From: Methylocystis sp.
GTDB lineage: Bacteria > Pseudomonadota > Alphaproteobacteria > Rhizobiales > Beijerinckiaceae
NCBI RefSeq assembly: GCF_046349115.1
Contig: NZ_JAXMCX010000001.1
Coordinates: 890,963 to 954,962 of the forward strand
Direction of reading: 5' to 3'
DNA: 64,000 nucleotides
The stretch's first letter is position 1. Every line of letters begins with the position of its first letter. Positions 16,569-26,415 of the stretch are shown here, in pieces. Under the pieces are notes generated by a model, which was not told where the DNA came from, did no database searches, and worked only from the letters and a program-made list of their open reading frames with translations. Made by a program: the position numbers and the translations under genes.

Positions 16569-19235
16569 CTAATTCAGATAGGGCCGAAGAAAGGTGAGAA
16601 TTTCGTCGACCCGTGTTTTCCAGCTGATCTTGTCGAGGACGTCGCGATGGTCTTCCGCGTCGGCCTTTCGCGACGCCTTCGCCAGGCAGTTCTCGATCGC
16701 CGCGGCGAACTCCTCCGGTCCGTCGGCGGTGGAAATCAAATCGGCAAGCTCGTTCAAATTCGGAATCGCCGTCGATACGACCGGGACGCCGGCCGCGAGG
16801 TAATTATATACTTTGAGCGGATTCATCGAATTGGTCAGATCGTTCACCGTATGGGGAACAACGCCAACGTCGATCGAGTTTAGAAACGACGGTAGGTCAT
16901 GATATTCAACAACGCCTAGAAACCTGACGTTTTCATACTTCGCGATTGAGGCGATATTCGAATTATTCTCCGCCGAACCTGCAAAAACGAACGACCATTC
17001 GGGTCGCATGCGCACGAGTCCTTCCAAGAGTTCCCAATCGATGCGGTCACGAAGATTTCCCACATAGCCAATGGTTGGCCGACCTGGCTGTGCAATACCC
17101 TCAATTGGGGCCAATTTGTCGGCGATGGCGTCGAAGCGTTCCGCACCATTCGGCACGATCCGTATCGGGTTCGCGACATAATTTTCGAAATTGGCGGCGA
17201 CCGGCGCGCAATTCGCGAACGTCACCTGCGCGAAAGAAAGCGTCTGTCGGTAGATATCGTCCAGTCGCTTTCGGTAACCGTCGTCAATATCCCAGGATCG
17301 CTGGTCGTCGATGATGTCCGCGACGCACGTCTTGAAGCCAAGTTCCGAAAAGATTTGCGGGAACTGCCAGACCACCGGACACACCCAGGCGATCGTGTCT
17401 TTCGGATCAAAGCCCGCCTCCTGCATCTCTCGGGCGACGAAGGCGGGAAAATCCGCTTGTTCAGGCAAATCGCGCCCCAAAAGCCGCGATCGCGACGCGC
17501 TCTTGTGGATGAAACTTCGTTGCAGGAGACGGTCCGTGTCGAGGCGTCGTTCGAAACGCGCGATGGTGTTGCGCAAGACGAGCGCGGACTGATCCTGCGG
17601 CGCGGCGTTGGCATTCTGGGCGAGCGCGTCAAGAGTAGCGGCCCCGATTGGGGCGTCGAAAAACAGAATCCTGTCGATTTCGTCGGAAAGCAAAAGATGC
17701 TTGGCGATCATGTCGGATCGCCGGCCGTAAATCCCCGTGTCGTTCTGCTTCCAGAAAAAAACGACATTCGCGCAGGGCCGCGGCGATCTGGCGAGCGCCG
17801 GAATCGGAAAATGTGATTTAGCGGTGTGCGCGGCCGCTTCGCCGATCGCTTCCGACATCAATGCGCGCACGTCGTGAAACACTTGCGGCAACGGCTTGAC
17901 GCTCTTGATTTCGCCGATTGCGAGCTGCAAGCGCGCCCTGTTCACGGCTTCGCTGAATTCAGTAAGGAAGCCGCTTCGAATTTTGCTCCTGTCGACTTCG
18001 TCTTTGGCAGCTTTCAGTTCGAGAAGTTTATCCTTCAGCGTTTCGTGACGAACTAGGTGAAGGCCAGGCAGTTCGCGCAGATCCAGCAGCGGCGGAACGT
18101 CGGTAATGAGCACGGGAACGCCCATCGCCGTCGCATCCGAAATCTTCGATGGAATTTGATAGGCGGCGACGGGATGGTCCGGGTCTTGAAGCAGCGGAAT
18201 GCAGTCGGCCGCGCAAAGCAGCCATGGCAGATTGTCAAATGACCAGCTCGGATGCTGTACGACGCGCGTGCGCTGGAAGCGCTTCAGCATTTTGCCCAAA
18301 TCCGCGGGCGCGCCGTCGCCGACGATATGGAGACTGATCTTGTCGTCGGCGATCTCGTCGATCGCCTGCAAAACTTCGATCACGCCCTTGTGCGGCCGGA
18401 CCGTTCCGACAAAAATTAGCGCGAACTCGTCGTCGGCCACGCCCAGCTCGCGACGAACCGACGCTCGGTCGAAGCGCGTGGGGTCGAAGGCGTTCTCGTC
18501 GCGGGCGTGCCGAACGATCGAGCCTCCATAACGGTCTCGAAGCGCGACGTTCGAAACCGTCAGAACGTCAGCGCTTTCAATGAAATTTTCAGCAAAGCGC
18601 GTGGCGATCTCTTCATAAGGCTCCATCAGCGCGGCGGGGCCGGCGTTTCGGACCTCGGCAAGATCGGCGCGCAACCGGTTCTCGAAGAAGGAAAGTTCGT
18701 GGTCGTCGATGTCGAGGACGAGCGGGCATCCCGAGTGCTCCTTGATCAGGAAGCCGAGAAAGAGCGATGGCAGCCTCGGTTTCGAGACATATACGAGATC
18801 GAAGCGCTCTTTGGTCGCCTCCAGCGCCGCGCGCGGATAAAAATCCAGCAGCGTGCGGCACGGAAAGACACGCGCCTCTAACCCGCTCTCCACTAGCGGC
18901 GGCCACAGACCATTGCCGTAGCGTCGCCAACCAGGACCAATAACGACGGGACTCCAGTCTTGCGACAGAAGGCGCTGCAAGACATAGGCGCGCCCGACGG
19001 GGTTGTGTCCCATGTCCCAGGAGATGATCGCCGCGCGCCCTCCGGCAGAGGCGCGTTTGACCGCAGCGGCGTCGTTGTGCGCCCGGGCGACATTGGCGAG
19101 GCGCTCGGTTCGCGCCGATCTCAGGTCGTTTTCCAAACGCAGGATATGACGTTCGAGATCGTCGGCGTGGCGCATTTCGGCGCCAAGCGTCGACATCAGC
19201 AGTTCGATATTTTGTGAAAGCCGACGCCCCGCCAA
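16569..19235 (-). CDS. Large two-module GT-B (GT4-like) glycosyltransferase with N-terminal coiled coil
   Basis: Module 1 has 'FVGTVRPHKG' and 'SKISDATAMGVPV'; module 2 has 'IGYVGNL' and 'PLKVYNYLAAGVPVVST'. TTG start abuts the upstream TAA. Confidence 0.85.
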   Translation of the reverse strand: MAGRRLSQNIELLMSTLGAEMRHADDLERHILRLENDLRSARTERLANVARAHNDAAAVKRASAGGRAAIISWDMGHNPVGRAYVLQRLLSQDWSPVVIGPGWRRYGNGLWPPLVESGLEARVFPCRTLLDFYPRAALEATKERFDLVYVSKPRLPSLFLGFLIKEHSGCPLVLDIDDHELSFFENRLRADLAEVRNAGPAALMEPYEEIATRFAENFIESADVLTVSNVALRDRYGGSIVRHARDENAFDPTRFDRASVRRELGVADDEFALIFVGTVRPHKGVIEVLQAIDEIADDKISLHIVGDGAPADLGKMLKRFQRTRVVQHPSWSFDNLPWLLCAADCIPLLQDPDHPVAAYQIPSKISDATAMGVPVLITDVPPLLDLRELPGLHLVRHETLKDKLLELKAAKDEVDRSKIRSGFLTEFSEAVNRARLQLAIGEIKSVKPLPQVFHDVRALMSEAIGEAAAHTAKSHFPIPALARSPRPCANVVFFWKQNDTGIYGRRSDMIAKHLLLSDEIDRILFFDAPIGAATLDALAQNANAAPQDQSALVLRNTIARFERRLDTDRLLQRSFIHKSASRSRLLGRDLPEQADFPAFVAREMQEAGFDPKDTIAWVCPVVWQFPQIFSELGFKTCVADIIDDQRSWDIDDGYRKRLDDIYRQTLSFAQVTFANCAPVAANFENYVANPIRIVPNGAERFDAIADKLAPIEGIAQPGRPTIGYVGNLRDRIDWELLEGLVRMRPEWSFVFAGSAENNSNIASIAKYENVRFLGVVEYHDLPSFLNSIDVGVVPHTVNDLTNSMNPLKVYNYLAAGVPVVSTAIPNLNELADLISTADGPEEFAAAIENCLAKASRKADAEDHRDVLDKISWKTRVDEILTFLRPYLN

Positions 19236-19928
19236 TTATACGGTCCTCTTGCGCCGCTTGGCGAGCAAGGGAATAACTCCTTCAAGCAGCCAAGGCGAAA
19301 TCCGGCTCTCGTCGAGCAGGACGGAGGCGATCACGCCCAGAAGCCTGAGGTCGGACGAATTCGAATGGTCTTCGTTCGCGTCCGTGGAAATGCGGATGCG
19401 CCGCCTTCCGCGCTCAGGCCGGATCGGCGGCGGCTTCACGATCTCTCCGCGCGGAATGTCGACAGAAATTTGTCCACCCTCCCATTCGAAGGACACGACT
19501 TTGCCCGGCGCGTTGCGTTCCGGCAAATAAAGTTCGAATTCGACCAAGGTCGCATCGACAACTTCGATTTCCGCCTCGGTTGCGATCCATTGATCGTGAA
19601 AAGCGCCGTATAACCAGTCCGCGAAGGGCGCGTCGGCATAGTCGGACTTTAGTTCGATCATCTCGTCGATGTCGTGGGCGCACAGCCGCACCAGGGCTTT
19701 GGTTTCGTCTGTAAACATGACATCCGCAACGCCCTGAACCCGTTGCAGAGGATTGTTATTTCCACGCGCGTCGATCAGCGTTATCGGCACATAGGGCGCG
19801 AGACGCGACGCCGTCTCCGCCGAGGAAACCAGATAAAGCTTGTTCCTGAAGGACAAGAACGTCGAATGGGCGACCGGCGCCATGAGCAAACGTGCCGATG
19901 TGCAAGCGTCTTCCAAGCTCTTACCCAT
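19236..19928 (-). CDS. Hypothetical protein with a possible C-terminal carbohydrate-binding-like beta-sandwich
   Basis: 230-aa ORF abutting the GT gene; 'GAFHDQWI' and 'SSDLRLLGV' motifs. Confidence 0.65.
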   Translation of the reverse strand: MGKSLEDACTSARLLMAPVAHSTFLSFRNKLYLVSSAETASRLAPYVPITLIDARGNNNPLQRVQGVADVMFTDETKALVRLCAHDIDEMIELKSDYADAPFADWLYGAFHDQWIATEAEIEVVDATLVEFELYLPERNAPGKVVSFEWEGGQISVDIPRGEIVKPPPIRPERGRRRIRISTDANEDHSNSSDLRLLGVIASVLLDESRISPWLLEGVIPLLAKRRKRTV

Positions 19929-20135
19929 TCCGGCCGGCGAGGGCTTTGATCGTTAATCTCCTGCGACAATTTTTTTGTTAGTGGCCTCTTCAACGTCGGT
20001 CAATGGGCGAAAACTTAAGCGGCCCATGCGACTAGAGCCGCCTTATGGAAATAAGTCGTTGGCTGGAATTGAGAAAATTTCAGTTGGACTTGCCTGACCT
20101 CGAGGCGCGGACTGGAAATTTTGTTGCGAAAAAAT

Positions 20136-20957
20136 TCAGGCGCGCCGTTTGCTCACTTCCCCCGAAACCATGCGCATCCATTTCCGAACGATATCTGGAT
20201 GACGCTGCAGGGCGGCAGGATGAAATTCGTCCTCGGGCGCCGATTCGAGATCGAAGCCGCCATGGTCGCGTCCGCTCACGAGCGTCGCCGAAACGCGCTC
20301 GCTCCCGGTTTGCGTCAAGTCGCCGGCGATATAGCGAATGGCAAAGCCGACCCGGCGCGTCCCGCCGGCGTTTGGTTTCGAGCCATGAATCAACAAGAGA
20401 TGGTGCAGCGACATTTCTCCCGGCCTCAGGATAATGTCGACGGCCTGCGATTCATCGACGTTGAACGCGATTTCTTCCCGGCCGGGCAGCATGTTCCACG
20501 CATCGTTGCTATCGCGGTGAGGCGCCGTTCCGGCATGGGAGCCGGGAAGGACCCGCATGCAGCCGTTCTCTGATCCGCTTGCGGAAAAAGCAACCCATGC
20601 CGTCAGGGCGCGCGGCTCGGAAAGTCCCCAATATGTTGCGTCCTGGTGCCAGGGAACATGCTGTGGCTCGCCGGGCTCCTTCATGAAGAAACTTGCGGCC
20701 CAGCACAGCAGATCGGGTCCAAGAATGTCCTGGACAGGTCGTAAGATGCGCTCGTCGCGCACCAGATCCCACAGTTGAGGGATCAGTAAGTGCGCCTTGA
20801 TATTGAATGTTGGAGACAGCCGTCCGCCGCGCTTGGCCTGAATCGCGTCGAGCCGCGCCAAATGATCGGCCATTTCATCGGGCTCGAAGGCGCTCAGCGG
20901 AGTCAGATAGCCGTCGCGGCGGTAGGCCTCAATTCGGCCCGCGTCGAGTCGCGTCAT
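20136..20957 (-). CDS. PhyH-family Fe(II)/2-oxoglutarate dioxygenase (copy 2)
   Basis: 'WHQDATYW', 'ENGCMRVLPGSH', 'HHLLLIHGS' and 'RRVGFAIRY'. Confidence 0.9.
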   Translation of the reverse strand: MTRLDAGRIEAYRRDGYLTPLSAFEPDEMADHLARLDAIQAKRGGRLSPTFNIKAHLLIPQLWDLVRDERILRPVQDILGPDLLCWAASFFMKEPGEPQHVPWHQDATYWGLSEPRALTAWVAFSASGSENGCMRVLPGSHAGTAPHRDSNDAWNMLPGREEIAFNVDESQAVDIILRPGEMSLHHLLLIHGSKPNAGGTRRVGFAIRYIAGDLTQTGSERVSATLVSGRDHGGFDLESAPEDEFHPAALQRHPDIVRKWMRMVSGEVSKRRA

Positions 20958-20994
20958 TCCAGCCACTTGGTCCGATCCCTCTCTCCACTGAAAA

Positions 20995-21846
20995 TCAGTC
21001 GCTGGCGCGGCTCTCCGTTTTGATGGCGCTGGGCGCGCCATCGAAGATGATTCTCATCCCGTCGCGGACGATGCCGATGTGACGAGCGACGGCGGCGGGA
21101 TGAAATTCCCCTTCCGGCTCCTTCTCAAGCGCGAAGCTCCCGAGATTGCGGCCTCGCACGAGCGTCGCGGAGTTTCGCTTCCCGTCCCTCGGCATGGTTG
21201 CGCCGGACATATAACGTATCGCGAAGCCGACGCGGCGCAGGCGCGAATTGTTGCGCGCGGAGCCATGGACAGCAAGGCAATGATGCAAGGACATTTCTCC
21301 TGGCGCGAGCGCTAAATCGATCGCGTCGGAAGCTTCGACCTGCGCGACCATCTTTTCTCCGCGACCGAGCAGATTGGCGCTGTCCCCGGAGTCTGTGTGC
21401 GCCAAGCTGTGGCGATGGGTTCCGGGGACAGCCCGCACACAGCCGTTTTCTGGGACGCTCGGCGTCAGCGCCAGCCAGGCGGTCACCGCATCCGTCGTGC
21501 TTAGGCCCCAATAAGTGATGTCCTGGTGCCAGGCGACGTAGCGCGAACCGCCAGGCGATTTGGAAATGAAACTCGTTCCAAAACACAGAATATCCGGTCC
21601 AAGCAGAGCTTCGATTCGCTCGACAATTCTGGGGTCGTGCACGAGGTCCCACAGCCACGGGACGAGCAAATGCGGCTTGGCGTTGAAGACAGGCGAAAGC
21701 CGGCCGGCGCGCCGCGCTTCCATCGCTTCGAGCCGCGCCAGGCAATCGCTCGCTTCCTGGGGTTCGAGAACCTTGATCGGAAAAACGAACCCATCGCGCG
21801 AAAAGCGATCGAGTTCATCCTGGGTTAGACGATTGGCAACGCTCAT
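20995..21846 (-). CDS. PhyH-family Fe(II)/2-oxoglutarate dioxygenase (copy 1)
   Basis: 'WHQDITYW', 'ENGCVRAVPGTH', 'HHCLAVHGS' and 'RRVGFAIRY'; RBS GGAGAGG. Confidence 0.9.
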   Translation of the reverse strand: MSVANRLTQDELDRFSRDGFVFPIKVLEPQEASDCLARLEAMEARRAGRLSPVFNAKPHLLVPWLWDLVHDPRIVERIEALLGPDILCFGTSFISKSPGGSRYVAWHQDITYWGLSTTDAVTAWLALTPSVPENGCVRAVPGTHRHSLAHTDSGDSANLLGRGEKMVAQVEASDAIDLALAPGEMSLHHCLAVHGSARNNSRLRRVGFAIRYMSGATMPRDGKRNSATLVRGRNLGSFALEKEPEGEFHPAAVARHIGIVRDGMRIIFDGAPSAIKTESRASD

Positions 21847-21981
21847 TCGCCCTCTCCCTGCGATCGCCAATCCGTACCGACGCCATCATTGGCAAAAGCC
21901 GAGGCCCCGAGCACTCGCATGAAGTAAGGCTCCGATGCAATATGCGGATTCAGCTGGCGGCCTTGGCGTTCGATGACGGAC

Positions 21982-23247
21982 TCACTTCCTGATCGCGGCA
22001 AAGTCGGCCGCACGGCGCACAACCGGCTGCATCGCCCATTGGGGGCCAAGTTCGCGGAGTCCAAAGGCGAATATCGCCGACAGGAAGCGCCGGCGCGCTT
22101 CCGAGAACTGTTCAGGGGTCGCGATGGCGTCTTCAATGCGCCGCCAGTGCCGATCAAGCGCGTCAAACGTCCTTTGGGGGATGCGGCAGGCGAGCGCTTC
22201 GCCCTTCCGGGCAGCGCCCGCGCCATACGCGGTCGCCCAGTCGCGCGCGAGATCTTCCATTCGATCGATGTGCTCCAGGAAACCGGCGAACTTACGATAG
22301 GCAGGCCTGGCGACGAGTATTCCCGGAACGCCATAGGCGGCCGCGGTGATATAGCCATGTAGCGACGCTCCAACATAAAATCTGGAAAAGGCAATCGCCG
22401 CGGCGACTTCTCGAAGGCTCGCGGGATCATCGAGCAAGATGTGCGGAATCGGGAGATGGAGAGAGATCGCTCGCGCCAAAACGTCGTCGTCATGGGCGCG
22501 CCCGATGGCGCTCAGGATCGGCGTAAGCTCCATTTCCTTGGCGAAGGCGGACAGCATCGCCGCGGCTTCCTGGGGCGTTTGCCCGGCGAGCGACCGGTTG
22601 CGAAAGTGAACCGCGACGAAGTTGGTTCGCCCTTGGAATCCCTTGCGCGCAAGGAAAGACTGGAAAGGTTCCTCGAGATCGCGCGTTGTCCAGAGTCGGC
22701 CGAGCTCCGCGATCGGATCGGGCACGATTTCGACCGGAAGGCCTTCCGGCGCCGCCAGGAGTTCTGCTCCGCCGCGGTCGCGCACCGAAACATAGGAAGA
22801 TGACCTCAACGCGGCGTCGACGAGCGCGCGTTGCGATTGCGGGATTGGATGGGGCACGCCGGGGGCGTTCCAGGCGAGGGGAACATCGCGCAGAGCGGCG
22901 GCAAGCGCGGCGCCGAGCCACAGGCCGGCGCCGGCCCATTCTCCGACATTCGTTCCTTGATATTCGCGCAGAATATCCATCCGGTGCGTGTGAATGAGAT
23001 AGCCGCCGCCGATGACGATGCCGTCGACCCTCAAGTCGCCGCTCAGCATTTCGGCGATGTCGAGAGGCGAAAGAGCGTCGGGCACGCCGGCATGCGCTTT
23101 CGTCGGCGCGATGGGAACAACCTCGACGCCGAGAGCGCTTAGGCGCCGCGCCGCGACCAGGGGGAACAGGAGATCACCGTAATTCTGCATGTCGAAGACG
23201 CCAGTCAGAAAAATTCTCTTGGCGCCGTTAGACGGGACAGGAGGCAT
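21982..23247 (-). CDS. Polysaccharide pyruvyl transferase family protein
   Basis: 'NYGDLLFP', 'IVIGGG', 'YVSVRD', 'VPDP' and 'YVGASLHGYITA'. Confidence 0.85.
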   Translation of the reverse strand: MPPVPSNGAKRIFLTGVFDMQNYGDLLFPLVAARRLSALGVEVVPIAPTKAHAGVPDALSPLDIAEMLSGDLRVDGIVIGGGYLIHTHRMDILREYQGTNVGEWAGAGLWLGAALAAALRDVPLAWNAPGVPHPIPQSQRALVDAALRSSSYVSVRDRGGAELLAAPEGLPVEIVPDPIAELGRLWTTRDLEEPFQSFLARKGFQGRTNFVAVHFRNRSLAGQTPQEAAAMLSAFAKEMELTPILSAIGRAHDDDVLARAISLHLPIPHILLDDPASLREVAAAIAFSRFYVGASLHGYITAAAYGVPGILVARPAYRKFAGFLEHIDRMEDLARDWATAYGAGAARKGEALACRIPQRTFDALDRHWRRIEDAIATPEQFSEARRRFLSAIFAFGLRELGPQWAMQPVVRRAADFAAIRK

Positions 23248-23371
23248 CGAGCTCTTCCGGTTTGGAGCATCGCGATTCTACGTTATCATAGCCAAGGATT
23301 GCGGGTTCGGCGCGACGCCGCCAAAGCGGGCCCGTCACGCCTCGACTCATTCGCGCAAAATGAGGAGCCCA

Positions 23372-25078
23372 ATGGACTGCACGGAATCCCCAAGCGCCGA
23401 AACGTCAGTAACCGCGGTCAAGGATCCGGAAGCAGCGAATGCCGAAATCGTCCAGGCGATGGAAGCGGGCGAGGGGGACGAGGCGACGCGGCTCATACGG
23501 GAGGCGTTGGCGCGCTGGCCAAACTACACCCGCCTCCAATTGACGCAAGGCGAGGTGTTCCACAAATTCGCCGGCGCCGCGCAGGCTTCGAATTATTATT
23601 CCACCCTTCTTGATGAGCGGCCCGCTCATCCTTGGGCGCTCGCGCGTCTCAAGGCGGTATTGAACGGCGAGGCGCTCTCGGCGCAGGACGCAACGCAGAT
23701 CGCAGACGCGCTTTTCGCGGCCAAACTGGACGGCCCCGAACGCGATTCGGTTTTCGATGCGCTCGCAAAGGCGGTTCGTCCAGAAGAGAGGCGGGCTTTC
23801 CTGCGAACGGTAGCGCCACACTCGAAGGTTTTCCGTCTCGAATGGAAGCTCGCCGTAGCGGAAACCGAAGCGGCGGACGCCGAAGCGGCGATCCGCATTC
23901 TCTCTAGCGCATATGACGAGGGGCGTTACAACGAAGCCGCGATCTCACTTCTGTCGGAGCTTTTGGCGGTCTGCGGGCGTGAATCCGAAGCGGTCGAAGT
24001 GCTGTGTAAGGAAATCGCGCGCGCCCCCGACCGGCCAGACCCCTATCGAAAATTGGTGAGCCTTCTTCAGCGCATCGGCGCCTTCAAGAAGGCCGGAGAA
24101 GTCATGCAGGAGGCGCTTGAACGCTGGCCGTGCGACTGGCTTCTGCTTTTTCGACTGAACCGGCTTCCTGTCGAACCGAAGCGCCTGACGTCTATCTTTC
24201 ACACGATCCGCACAGCGGCCGACGCTGAAGCGCTCCGCGATGAGCGATTCAGATATCATTATGCGCTCGCCTGCCTTCACGCAGGGGAGTTGGAGCGCGC
24301 GCGCGACTTGTTCTCGGCGCCGTTCGCGCCGCCGGTCGACGATCTCGCGGCCCCGGTCGCCAAGGCTTTCCTTTCGCGACCGATCGATTTTTGGAAACGC
24401 CGATCGCGTCTTATGGACGACCGCACGCTGGACGTTCAAATCACGCGGTCCAAGGGCGCGCGTTTGACTGTCGTGCTTCCGACCGGAATCGCCTTCGGCT
24501 TTCTGCCGCCCGCGATGATCGACGCTTTGTTCGCCGAGCACGCGATCAACGTCATTTACCTGCGAGATTTCCGCAAGCGGGCGTATACCAGCGGCGTCGC
24601 CAGTCTCGGGCGCGACGAGGCGGAAACCATCGGCGCGCTCAAGGAGATTGTCGCAAGCCTCGGCGCGCCTCGAATCGTGACCATTGGCGCTTCCATGGGC
24701 GGATTCGCGGCGTTTCGCTATGGCGCGTTGCTCGACGCATACGCCGCCTTATCCTTTGCAGGGCCGACAGAACTGCATTCCGTTTACGACACCGCCAAGA
24801 GTTCCGTTTGGAATCCGAGCTACTTCGTGAAGCTTCAATTGCAACGCGAAAGTGAGATGCCGGTCGATCTGGTTCCGCTGCTTCGTCGCGGCGGAAAGAC
24901 TAAGTTTTTTCAGATTTTCGGCGAGGACGCCGCCGAAGACGCGCATCAGGCGCGACGTCTCAAGGAACTCGACAATGTCACCCTGATGCCGGTTCGCGGC
25001 GTAAAGGACCATTTGGTCATCGATCACGCGATCGCCGATGGGTCATTCGATGCAATGCTTCAGCTGTTGCAGGAATGA
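23372..25078 (+). CDS. TPR-like helical repeat protein with C-terminal alpha/beta-hydrolase fold
   Basis: Helical repeats (e.g. 'ARAPDRPDPYRKLVSLLQRIG') followed by the nucleophile elbow 'TIGASMGG' and a late His in 'KDH'. Confidence 0.7.
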   Translation: MDCTESPSAETSVTAVKDPEAANAEIVQAMEAGEGDEATRLIREALARWPNYTRLQLTQGEVFHKFAGAAQASNYYSTLLDERPAHPWALARLKAVLNGEALSAQDATQIADALFAAKLDGPERDSVFDALAKAVRPEERRAFLRTVAPHSKVFRLEWKLAVAETEAADAEAAIRILSSAYDEGRYNEAAISLLSELLAVCGRESEAVEVLCKEIARAPDRPDPYRKLVSLLQRIGAFKKAGEVMQEALERWPCDWLLLFRLNRLPVEPKRLTSIFHTIRTAADAEALRDERFRYHYALACLHAGELERARDLFSAPFAPPVDDLAAPVAKAFLSRPIDFWKRRSRLMDDRTLDVQITRSKGARLTVVLPTGIAFGFLPPAMIDALFAEHAINVIYLRDFRKRAYTSGVASLGRDEAETIGALKEIVASLGAPRIVTIGASMGGFAAFRYGALLDAYAALSFAGPTELHSVYDTAKSSVWNPSYFVKLQLQRESEMPVDLVPLLRRGGKTKFFQIFGEDAAEDAHQARRLKELDNVTLMPVRGVKDHLVIDHAIADGSFDAMLQLLQE

Positions 25079-25835
25079 AAGCCGCGACCGAATTCGCGCG
25101 CGTAAGCTCGAATCGATGCCGGCCGCGCCGCTTCTTGGCGATCGACCATCCCGCGGATGCGGGTTTGGCCCCGGGCGTGGGTTTCTGAGCGCACGCTCTG
25201 GTTGCCGGTTTCGACAATGACTTAATCGTGGGCGAGGCGGCCACGCCGCGCGATTGTCGTCTTAACGCTATCGGATATCGGAGAACGAACCGATCCCTGA
25301 ACGGTTGAGGTGCGTGATCTCAGCCCTGATTCGCGGCATTCGCTTTACGAGGGAAGACAGAGTTTCGCCGCAATGCTACCAGGGCGGCGGTCTTCGGCCC
25401 AATCCTTAAGCACGCGTCTAGGCGGCGATGCTGTCAAAGTCGTCGCACTCGGCAATTGCGCCGTTCGAAAACCCGCAGAGCGACGCTCAGTCGAAGCGTA
25501 ACGGACGAACGATCGCGCGAATCGGAAACGTCGAGAAGCGCTCGACATGCATCTTCTGATGAGATGTTTTTCGAACGCGGCGCAGTCAGGGTTCTTGGCG
25601 GCTCCATAATCTGGCCGCCGATCGGAAATCGCGCAGTTCGTGATCCATAAATCCCTTCTACCCCTTCGTTTTCTCCCTAATGGCTTGATCCAAGCTATTG
25701 TCATGCGACGAGCAAAACGATAGAAGCCTAGCTGGCTAGACGAACGATTGAGTCGTGCCGGTTCTTGTGTCTTGAGCTTGAGTGCGATGCGTGCAATTGA
25801 CTCGTTTAGAGACAGGGGGCCAGGGAGGCAACGTA

Positions 25836-26264
25836 ATGCCGCGTCTACCGTTCAAGGTTCAGTTCGGCGCGTCTGGAGATTATAAGCTGTGGGCTGCGGA
25901 TGGCTGGCATCACGACGCGAATGATCGCGAGCACACTTGGGCTAACCACCTCGCCAAGTTGCGGGTTATGCTTGAGTTCACCAACAATGACCTCCTACTG
26001 GAAGTCGATGTAATTCCGCTACGCGCAAGGGGCGTGGATCAAGAACTGTTCGTGTTCATGAATGGCGCGTTCGTGGCGTACTGGCCGGTGGCGCAGTCGG
26101 GCATAAAAAAGGCGCGAATCGAATCCACGTTCCATGGAGCCCGTGATAGCGTCATTTCTTTACTAATGCCAAAAGCATTATGTCCGCGCGACGTCGGCGT
26201 AAGCAACGACGAAAGAACACTTGGTTTGGCGTTTCGAACTCTGTCGATTTCTGCGATCGACTGA
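25836..26264 (+). CDS. Hypothetical protein, possible carbohydrate-binding-like beta-sandwich
   Basis: RBS GGGAGG; 'DGWHH...EHTW' and C-terminal 'NDERTLGL'. Confidence 0.7.
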   Translation: MPRLPFKVQFGASGDYKLWAADGWHHDANDREHTWANHLAKLRVMLEFTNNDLLLEVDVIPLRARGVDQELFVFMNGAFVAYWPVAQSGIKKARIESTFHGARDSVISLLMPKALCPRDVGVSNDERTLGLAFRTLSISAID

Positions 26265-26415
26265 ATCGGTACGCGAGGAGGCCCAATCCATCGCATTGAG
26301 GGCATGATGCAGGATCTGGAGAGACTTATGCCAGACCTCGTCGAAGCGACAGTTTGCAAGATTCGTGATTTTTGTGCGTTTAGTGGCGATCTTGTCCGCG
26401 GAAAGCAGGTGCGTG

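Noticed and set aside
20136-21846. Possible SyrB2-type halogenases
   Set aside because: Both keep the Asp of the HxD motif (HQD), which indicates hydroxylase-type iron coordination.
25370-25500. ops/JUMPStart-like 'CCAGGGCGGCGG' and a c-di-GMP-I-riboswitch-like 'GGCAATT...GAAA...CGACGC'
   Set aside because: Only partial matches; the required stems and conserved bases are missing, and such words are common at this GC content.
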